From: Malacoraja senta | Taxonomy: Eukaryota | Direction: 5' to 3' | NCBI GenBank assembly: GCA_038087875.1 | Contig: CM075986.1 | Coordinates: 6,882,001 to 6,946,000, forward strand | DNA: 64,000 bases | Notes under the pieces: generated by a model | Told to the model about the DNA's origin: nothing | The model's database searches: none | What the model saw: only the letters and a program-made list of their open reading frames with translations | Part shown: positions 54,576 through 64,000 of the stretch, one piece after another | Layout of the letters: every line of letters begins with the position of its first letter | How positions within the stretch are numbered: position 1 is the stretch's first letter | Program-made: the position numbers and the translations under genes

Positions 54576-56344
54576 AACAACAACAAGATGGTTCTAAAAA
54601 CGCTCCGAAGGTCACGCAGCATCTGCGGAGAGAAGGACCATTGGGTGGATTAGGACTTGTACTAAACTTTACATTTAATAGTTTGTTCATATATTTATAG
54701 AGAATGCATAAATCCCCTCTAGTTATAATATGGTTCGACGCGACACGACATCCGACCACGTGATCGCCGAAAGCTACTACATTATTTTTGGCGGGCAGAA
54801 TGGCATATAGGTTTAAGGTTTTGAAATATATGCTTCCATTATCTTTAATGTGTTTTCTATATTTTGACGTACTTTTGAAGTGAAATATTAATTTGAGGTA
54901 AATAGCACGACATCCTAATATTTTGTGTGAATTTACCAATAAGGAATCATCACTCCTTATTAACACTAACAAGCAAAAAGGTCGGTTTTTTGGTGTAATA
55001 GTCATTCGTGTTGGAATAATGATAATATTGACGAACTCTGCCTCATTGCCAATTCTCTATTTCGAAATATTTCGTTATTATATATTTTACGAAATTATTT
55101 CCCAACCGAATATTTTGCAAACAGAAATTAACATTTTATTTGAAACGTCCTTTCAAGGTGAATTGTGGCTTGTATCCTTCTCAAAGGCACAGTAGTTAAT
55201 TTGTACCAGTCTGACTGTTTTACAATAATTTTAACTACTATTTTATTGAGATTTTGTAACCGATCCAACAATAAGTGCACAGTGTTCCAGTGAGGGAACT
55301 CCGGTTACACCGTGAGATTGCCATGGTTCTGCTAATCAAGCGTGTGGAATGTGCCAAGATGCTCGTTATTTTTTAAAACATTGAGTTAATCCTGCTATAG
55401 GAAAAAAAGAATACACTTCAGTTCGTCATTTTCTTAATTTGGACGTTTGTCTCATTCTCCACGCTTTGGAAGAAAATGCCGCTGATTGCAGACCCCCCCC
55501 CGAATAAAAACTAAAATTGATTATATCACCACGAGTATTCATTTCACACTTTAAAATATCTATTTTTGAAGCGACGGCTCGTTTTTGCCGGCCACCTTTT
55601 TTTTCTGGAAGGCAAACTATTGGATTATGAGCTAAAAGAAAGTATACTGCAATTAACACATTTGTTCCTTTTGTAACTGGCGATGAAAGAACGAAAAAAT
55701 GCGCCACTTAAAGATGACGCAGAAAATGAGTTTGTTGAGCTGAAATGTAAAACAGAATTCCAAAGGATTCACCGTCGGAAGCGAAGAATAAAACTATTAA
55801 ACATCGATTTCAATGAGGACTCTGTGGAATTTGATCAGAATAACTTGCTCACAACACATCCAAAGTCCTTTGGTTACTTTGTCCTGTAATCGTGTCACTT
55901 TTGTTTTATTAAGTAAATGCTCATCAGAACTTGGTCAAGATTCAAACGCACCATAGTTATTTTAGCATCCGGCAAAAAACTCCTGCATTTCACCTTGGAG
56001 GTTTATCTCCACTGGGTCATCATGGAAATGGTTAGTAAATTCCCAAAACGATGTAGGCCCAAAGAGATCAGCGGGTACTTAACCCCGAATTTTGCTGACA
56101 TCCAGCACAGTACAGAGGTGCAGGGGTCTTTCGAAAATAAGTCTATATCTTAAATTGTTCTCCTCAGAGTACAGTTAACATTATTGACAATATTTCCCCA
56201 GTGAAAGGAGATTTGAGGAGAGGGGTGGTATTTAATCTATTTACTTTTTTTAAAACAAACTAATTTCTAAAATAATACTCTTACCTGCAATTAAATTTAA
56301 AAAATAAACAATGATAAAAATTAAGCAGCAGTAAAAAAAATAAC

Positions 56345-56460
56345 TGAAATACTGGTTTATACTAAAGATAGGCCCAAAGTGCTGGAGTAACTCAGAGGAT
56401 CAGTCCGCATCTCTGGAGAAAGAGGATAGGCGACCTTTCAAGTCGGGACCCTTCTTAGTT
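56345..56460 (-). mobile_element. Penelope-like fragment, degenerate
   Basis: Family similarity. Confidence 0.6.
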
Positions 56461-58598
56461 TGATATTACAACAGTAAACTTTAATTCAACTTATATAAAA
56501 TATCATGGGACGATTCTTTTTAAAATTCCATCTTAACACTTTCAGAATGATGTGGTTTAAGATATATGCCAATTTATTTTTAATATGTCCCCAACATCGG
56601 AGAAAATATCTGTTTTTGCAAAACTGTTCATAACTGGTAATACTACACTGCGGCATCGATGGAATGGTCTGGGGGGGGGGGGGAATACAACACTTGGGAA
56701 ATAAATGGATTGTGGTGACTGCGAATTAGGGTTTGTTGCACAAGAACCTGAAATATATTTATATTTTACAATACGCCATGAGGGAGGACGGTGTGTATTC
56801 CGAATTTCTTTTGTTAATTTCTATCATTTTTTGCTTTTAGTTTCTGTGCAAAAATTCGATTGCATCAATTATATCTTTCAAAACCACGGTTTACCAATAC
56901 ATAACATCGATTGCAATGTAAAGGGGACAACCGAATGGAGTTCTTTTGGAATTATGCGAATCGCCGCATTTTGTGTTAGCCTGAATGGAGGTGTTGTTAC
57001 GTTACGCATGTGATTTTAAAATAGTCTTCACAAAGACACTGTTCCTTTGCATATATTCGCGCCTATTTTCAGTAACATTATGGAGTCTTAACTCCATAGA
57101 CGTGGGTCTGAAACACGGAGCATTTCTGTAAATCAAAAAACATTTCCATACCTTCCTGTGAACAAATAAAAGAGAAAACATTCATTATACTTCCTCTAAA
57201 TGCCTGGTTTGTTCAACGTTTGATAATTATTTACACCCTATGTTAAAGAATAGTGTTATCTTTAAAGCGCCGTTTTACAGAGAATTGTTACAGATTTAAA
57301 AAGTTTGCAAAGCAAAATGAAACAATTTTCACCTTTAATAAGAATTTATTTCCACGGGCACAGTTTAGATTCGAGCTCATTTTCACTCATTTGATTCTTT
57401 GACAACAATTCTGCTGCTCCAACTGCGGACAGATCGACTTTGTTCATTGGAGCATGGAGATCAGATCAATCTAATTCTACAATGAATAAGAGCGAGACCG
57501 GCAACTCAAACGAAACAGCAGAAAGATAAATAGTGCACCAACCCTTGATATTTTAAAGTCAAGTACAAAAAAACAAAGTTGGCAACTTACAACGGCAAAA
57601 ATATCAAACATTGTGAATAAAGAAGACAAATTGCATTATTTTTAATTGTAAATAAAAGTTATAGGCATTCTGGTTTATTTGTTTAAATGAGAGGTCAAGG
57701 TGAATACCTAAGGTCCACGTTGCATCGCGCCGCATAGGCTGCAAGCAGTTAGAAATGGGGAAGTCAATTAAAAAGTAATGATCAGGTGACAGCAAAGTCG
57801 CTTATTAAAATTCTGAAATGCAGAAAGGTAAAACGGAGGGGAAATCGTGCAAAGAACCGCAGTACCGCTGTATGGACAAATCGGACTGAATAAATAGTAT
57901 TTGGTGCGAAATAGTCGCAGCTTTGAAGTCAGACAAAAAGTTCATTGCCGCAGTTGTCATAGCGGACAGAAAAAGGCCGGAAAGAGTGCGGTGGCTAAAT
58001 TGCTTACCGTCTGCGAGTTTACGCACCAGAGCCATATACTACAAAAGAGCCGATGTTGGTCATTTTGCTGGGTGAAGAGATGAACTTGTAATCGCATTAA
58101 GACGCGATAGACATCAGCACTCACGCACTGCAGGCGCATAATATTAACTCGCTCGGCCCTGGGGTTTCGAGTTCCCACCCTTCATTGGTCGCAGAAGTCT
58201 CACTTTACATCTTAAGAGGTCCCTACGTTATTTCCGTACTTGAACTACAGAGTAAGTACAGCCAAATTGCGAACTTCCACCCTACTTACGGAGTGAAATT
58301 GTACTGTGGCAATAGTTCATTATTACTTGATATTTACTCTACCCTGGCCCCCACTCTCATCCTCATGTAGACATGCGCAATGTATGCGTCCATGCATAGT
58401 TATACTATCTATATATGTGTAAGGGACCTTCAACTACAATTAATGAATACATTCTACAATAAACACAAAATTCTGTACCCCTGCCTACAGCCAGATATAT
58501 TCAGATACAGTGACCGTCACACACAGGAAAAGACAAGGCCGAGGAATACATCCACTATTATCGACATGCATATCGAAAGGTACTGACTGACAATCTGG

Positions 58599-59585
58599 TG
58601 GAAACCTATAATTGCTTCCAGAAACCTCAGAGAAGAAACTAATTAACGTACAAAATAGTTTGATCAATAAGCAGACAAGAAAGAAAACCATGCATTATCT
58701 TCCTTTCTTTGTGAACATTCCTTTTCATATAACAGTTCATCTCAAAACCGTTTGCCAAGTGGAAGGAGTTACAATTCTAACACGATATTTGTGCTGTGTA
58801 ACTACATAGGAAGGTTATCTTGCATTTGGGGTATGGTCGAACTATTGTGCACTCGCGAGGTTTGTGTAGATACGTGGTCCAGGGAATTAGGGATTAATAC
58901 GTTATGTCGAGACTCATCTGATATTACCTTAATATAATGTTAATGCAGGCGACCCCCACCTTACGAGGGGCTGCGCTCCAAGAAAAATCAGGCAATATCG
59001 CGATTTTCCGATATGCAAAATTGCGCGCATTAAGAAAGGTAATTTTTTTTAAACAGAGTTGATTTATTTGCTTTTTAATATGAATTCCATGGTGATAATT
59101 TGGCATGAGCTCATGTTTTTTGGTAGCGATTTGTGAAGATTGAGAAATTTCCGCAACCCGATCGACCTTGATAATTAGGATCATAAAACGCATTGTGATA
59201 GAAAGGTTGTATCTCCATGTCAACAAGAGTTCCAAAACAAAATTCTTAGGTTTATGTTGCATAGTACCAAGTGGAATTCACTCAAAGTATGATGAATTAC
59301 ATTGAGGTTCCATAATTGTTGTTAATGAACTAAACGATTTAACAGCATTGGTAGGGGATTTAACCGTTCGGTGGAGAGTTTACTATTTTGCTCTTAGTTT
59401 CTATAATTTAGGCTACCAAATTGATGGAAACCAACAATTGCTTCCAGAAACGTTAGAGAGTGAAGAATAAATGACGTGCAAAATAGTCGGACCATAAAGC
59501 AGACAGAAATCCAGAAATATTGCCGCAAAGATTTCACAATGCATCATCTTCCATTCTTTGTAAACATTCCTTTACACTAGCAGTT
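58599..59585 (+). repeat. Diverged local duplication (58599-58737 and 59425-59585)
   Basis: Shared TGGAAACC..AATTGCTTCCAGAAAC...CAAAATAGT...AAGCAGACA...ATGCAT.ATCTTCC.TTCTTTGT.AACATTCCTTT. Confidence 0.75.
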
Positions 59586-60004
59586 AGAGATACACTACCG
59601 AATCTATATTAAAATGATCATTTTTTCGGTTAATATATTGACCGTCCTGGTAGGGAATTCTAGACAATATTAAAATTAAAGCAATGCCTATTAAAATGAA
59701 TTTAGGAAACGTTTATACGTAAATGGAATCATTTTAAAGATGGAACTCTCCCCTCCACCGATCTCAAATCCCCATCGCCTCCAAAGGCTGTGAATGATGA
59801 ACGGGAAGATGGGCAAAGTGATGGCCAAATAATGTTAGCAAGAACGACACTTGGATATGTTTCATGGATACATGTTTCTGGGTGCATGGTGCAATTTAAA
59901 TGATTCGGCTGGGGCCTGCTCCGATGGGGAAAGAACGAGCTAATTTTATTGAAGAGGGATTTTGAAATGGTTTGAAATTGGTAGAGTTAAACAGTGAAAT
60001 GCTA

Positions 60005-60092
60005 AAAGAAAGGTCTCGACCCGAAGCGTCACCCATTCCTTCTCTCCAGAGATGCTGCCTGTCCCGCTGAGTTATGCCAGCATTTTGTGCCA
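60005..60092 (+). mobile_element. Penelope-like fragment with 8-bp TSD
   Basis: GGTCTCGACCCGAAGCGTC...; AAATGCTA at 59997-60004 and 60093-60100. Confidence 0.75.
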
Positions 60093-61124
60093 AAATGCTA
60101 TTTATTTGGCAGTTTCATAATATTTTCACGTAGTTTTGAAGGGAATGTGTAAAACCTCGTAGGTCCAGGTTGGATAATAATTCCATAAGAAAGCAACCAG
60201 ATGCTTTGTTGAACTTGGGGGAAATAGGTGGGGTTTTTTTTGCTCTCTGGGGTCAGCAGGTTTGCAGTATTAGGCACCACAATAGATTTACAGGGGCTGT
60301 AAAGTATGTACCGGTGGTATGATGAAGACACCACGCTACTATGTTTATTGGCGCGGGATAAAGTCCTCGGAAATCCTGCAGACAAATCCTGCTGTAGATA
60401 TTACATTCTGATAACGTCAAACGTTATAACGTAATATGAGATTAAATAGAGGTATAGAGTGTATTAAGTGGTATTTAGTGTGTGTATGTAAGCCCTTAAT
60501 ATATGATAGAAATAACCACGGTAATGAATACCAGATGATACTCCGTCATCTTTATCTTTTAGAAAAATATGAATCAGGCATTTGTAACTACATCTCTATT
60601 TAACGAGAGATAAATAATCGTAATAATCTGCTAGAGTGTAGATACTAAATAGCTACTGAAATGAGAGGTTTAATTTCCAAGGTTTAGTTCTCTTTATTAA
60701 TATGTTCTCCCCCCCCCCCCCCCCCCCCACGCCTGGCCCACATACGAGGAGCTTCAGTCTCTACATGTAAACGTGATCTTCAACTAAGTATTACATTTGA
60801 TCACATCTTCATGTATTCTTCCTTCTAGGGACGTTACAACGTGGAGAAAATATTTTCGGAATTGTTAAACGTGGAATGTTTATCATGAATGAAGTGGAAT
60901 ATTCGTCATTTCACTGTATGATAAGTCATCGCACTTGAAATGACCAGAAAATGGGATCGAGTGAAGGCTGTTTTTTTTTTAAAGTGGCGTCGTCTGCTTT
61001 GAAGTGCGTGGAATACGTTATTTTGTGTCTCGTTCAATCAGGGACATTGAATTACGATGTCAGAAGGAGTTCTATTTCCTTTACCGCAGTTCAAAGATTA
61101 GATTTCGCCCATCTAATGTGTTTT

Positions 61125-61255
61125 GAGTCTGAAGTCGTGCCTCGACCGGAAACGGTCTGCCCATTTCTTCCACAGACGCTGCCTGACCCGCTGAGTTCCC
61201 CCAGCACGCTTCATTTTGCTCTATGTTCCAACACCTACAGTTCCTTGTGTCTCCC
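61125..61255 (+). mobile_element. Penelope-like fragment, degenerate
   Basis: Family similarity. Confidence 0.6.
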
Positions 61256-61664
61256 TGTTTTGAGGTTTGATGGCCTTATGCGAATTCACCGCCTCTTTAA
61301 CATTCACAGACGTCCCTGTAAATCCAAGCTAATTTTCTACAGTGTAAAGATATGAACTAAATTGTCATTGTATTCAGAGACGTCGAAAATGTGTTAGGGA
61401 ACTTGTCGTGGTGACAACAGATACTTGAACAGATGTATGAATAGACTAAGGCGCTCGCCCTTTCGGTTCATTTATACATTCATTATGGTTTACGCTGCAA
61501 AATCAAGACAATTTCCACGCGTTGCTTTTTTAATCTAGAGCTGATGAAGTCTATCATTGCATCCACTGCAGAAATCTTGAACCCGGGAGGTGGAGACCTT
61601 GACATATTAAAATCGTATTCACAAGCCACATTTTTTCAATGTTAAGCGAGACAAGATATCAGGC

Positions 61665-61920
61665 AACTGAACCATCCGATCAACACCTAGAGAGCGGTCC
61701 TGAGCTGCCATCCATCTCAATGCAGACCCTCGGACTATCTTTAATCGGATTTTACTGGGCGTTATCTTGAACTGAACGCTATTCTCTTTATCTTGTATCT
61801 GTACACTGTAGAGGGCTCGAATGTAATCATGTATAGTCTTTACGCTGAATGGATAGCACGCCACAAAACATCATTCACTATACCTCGGTACATGTGACAA
61901 TAAACTAAAATAAAATTAAA
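61665..61920 (+). mobile_element. LINE 3' end (Rex1/Babar-like)
   Basis: ATCAGGCAACTGAAC (IRQLN) ORF end followed by the 3'UTR shared with the 51490 copy. Confidence 0.6.
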
Positions 61921-62753
61921 AAAAGCAATGTGCATGTATATAAATGAAGAGGTACAGAGATCAAGAGATCAAGAGTGTTTTATTGCCATATGTCCCAGAC
62001 GGAACAATGAAATCCCCAAATTTCTGTTCAATTATCGATTTGGAGCACAGATACTGTCCGGATTTCTGCAGGTGTTTTTAAACAGTGGTTACTTAAGGTA
62101 TGTTCATCGACGTCTTGTTAATTTTCAGCTGCTAAGCCATTGTCCAAATGGGTGGGGGTCAGGGGTCATGTTGTTTACGCTCTGTCTTTCGAATAATCTG
62201 TTCAGTCCTCGCCCTTGTTCATCTTCCAGGTAGGCACGAAGAGCTCAAGCGTCGTTATTTTTACGGATATGAAGGTCCCGCAGTTAATAGCACTAAATGG
62301 GTTACGTGATCATAATTACTTTCTTCTTCTGCGTGATCTTACTATGGTCAGTACATTTCCATTGTCATAACAGTACAACATGATGTTCGTCTGTTTGCTG
62401 TCAAACGTTCCAATAGATTATTTCGACGAAGTGAAAAAACGTTTTGTTAATTCATGTCATTTTCAATTTCAAACCGCTCATATTAAAATATAAAACCGAA
62501 TAGTTTTTTTACTCTAACCATGGTGTTTTTCTTCTGTCCTAGATAAAGCAGGGTGTGGGCAATCAGTATTCTTTCCATAAGGTTTACACGTCGTGTGCTG
62601 CCGCAAGTAAGAATTTCTTTGTTTCGTTTTGGGACATATGATAATAAAACACTCTTGACTCTTGAAAATAGAACTGGAAATCCATTCACTTGATGTTCTA
62701 TTTTCCACAACTTGAAACTAAAAGAGGAAGAAACAGTTAAATGTATTGTCATG

Positions 62754-62847
62754 GTAGACAAAAATGCTGGAGAAACTCAGCTGGTGAGGCAGCATCTATG
62801 GAGCGAAGGAAATAGGCAACGTTTCGGGTCGAAACCCTTCTTCAGAC
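62754..62847 (-). mobile_element. Penelope-like fragment with intact hammerhead core (62818-62845) and 7-bp TSD
   Basis: Minus strand CTGAAGA-AGGGTTTCGACCC-GAAAC-GTT; TGTCATG at 62747-62753 and 62848-62854. Confidence 0.78.
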
Positions 62848-62956
62848 TGTCATGTTTGGCATGTTCGGACGGAAGAATAACTTCAGGCCTCGTACTATGT
62901 GGGAATATCCCGATCCTTCATCTTGCTCTCATCAAAGTCATAAAGTAATAGTTGAT

Positions 62957-63310
62957 GTGTAAGGAGGAACTGCAGATGCTGGTTGTAACCGAAGATAGAC
63001 ACAAAAAGCTGGAGTGACTCAGTGGGACAGGCAGCATCTCTGGAGAGAAGGAAAGGGTGACATTTCGGGTCGAGACCATTCTTCAGACTGGTTAGGGATA
63101 AGGGAAACGGGAGGATGATGTGGAGAGATAAAGAACAATGAATGAAAGATATGCAAAAAAGGAACGATTATAAAGGAAACAGTTTGTAAGTTGTTTGTAG
63201 GGTGAAAATGGAAAGCTAATGCGACTTGGGTGGGGGAGGGCGAGGTAGAGAGGGAATGCCGGGGCTACCTGAAGTGAGATACATCAATATTCATACCACT
63301 GAGCTGCAAG
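62957..63310 (-). mobile_element. Penelope-like 3' end including ORF C-terminus remnant
   Basis: Minus strand LQLSGMNIDVSHFR* resembles the LxPxGLN GIY-YIG tail; hammerhead-like core 63059-63086. Confidence 0.75.
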
Positions 63311-63365
63311 GTTTGTGTAGGAATGGGAAGGAGAATTAAAGTGTCCGGCAACCGAGAGATCGGGT

Positions 63366-63887
63366 GTTAAAGAAGGAACTGCAGATGCTGGAAAATCGAA
63401 GGTACACAGAAATGCTGGAGAAACTCAGCGGGTGCAGCAGCATCTATGGAGCGAAGGAAATAGGTAACGTTTCGGGCCGAAACCCTTCTTCAGACTGATA
63501 GGGGGTGGGGAGAAGAAAGGAAAAAAGGAAAAAGGCGGAGGAGGAGCCCGAGGGCTGGGGGAGGGGAGTCTACATCCTGGGGGCTTGAACATTGAATTCT
63601 CCCAATTCTGCTAGCCCTTGCTGTCAGGGCAGTCTACATCCTGGGGGCTTGAACATTGAATTCTCCCAATTCTGCTAGCCCTTGCTGTCCCCTCCCCTTC
63701 ATCAGCCATCTGGTTGTCTCCTCCCCTCCCCCAGCCCTCGGGCTCCTCCTCCGCCTTTTTCCTTTTTTCCTTTCTTCTCCCCACCCCCTATCAGTCTGAA
63801 GAAGGGTTTCGGCCCGAAACGTTACCTATTTCCTTCGTTCCATAGATGCTGCTGCACCCGCTGAGTTTCTCCAGCATTTTTGTGTAC
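63366..63887. mobile_element. Young Penelope-like insertion with inverted terminal repeats and 17-bp TSD
   Basis: TSD CAACCGAGAGATCGGGT at 63349-63365 and 63888-63904; ~165-bp inverted arms; LHPGGLNIEFSQFC* present twice; hammerhead cores 63466-63493 (-) and 63796-63823 (+). Confidence 0.85.
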
Positions 63888-63928
63888 CAACCGAGAGATC
63901 GGGTTGGTTTACAGTTAATGTCGCTTTA

Positions 63929-63947
63929 TGGACAGCAGAGGGCGCGC
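63929..63947 (+). promoter_or_regulatory. CTCF motif
   Basis: TGGACAGCAGAGGGCGCGC is a strong match to the CTCF consensus. Confidence 0.6.
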
Positions 63948-64000
63948 GGGTTAGTATCCAGAACAGCACGGGGATGCGGGCTTTGATGACATTGGCTGCC

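Noticed and set aside
35491-63904. Recurring palindromic ~28-bp motif as a CRISPR-like array
   Set aside because: Eukaryotic context; copies are dispersed in both orientations within longer homologous retroelement sequence; no spacers or cas genes

Overview
Vertebrate Hox cluster segment, most likely the posterior HoxB cluster of a cartilaginous fish (skate/ray-like repeats, intact HoxB10), in a draft assembly with N gaps. Four two-exon genes lie on the minus strand: HoxB7 (2868-5224, 211 aa), HoxB8 (6817-8228, 237 aa), HoxB9 (17721-19482, 252 aa) and HoxB10 (27999-33888, 329 aa). A miR-196a hairpin sits between HoxB9 and HoxB10. Its near-perfect target in the HoxB8 3'UTR has two G:U wobbles, and there is an 8mer site in the HoxB7 3'UTR. 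The first ~35 kb is almost free of transposons. The gene-free ~29 kb upstream of HoxB10, where paralogues 11/12 are missing, is invaded by LINE/SINE fragments. Most notable are ~16 copies of a Penelope-like element end, several carrying a minimal hammerhead-ribozyme core (CUGANGA-stem II-GAAAC-GUH), often with target-site duplications or inverted tail-to-tail structure. The gap also holds a candidate orphan promoter and phase-1 mini-exon (44739-44950) that could splice onto the HoxB10 homeobox exon. All calls were made by eye; no searches were run.
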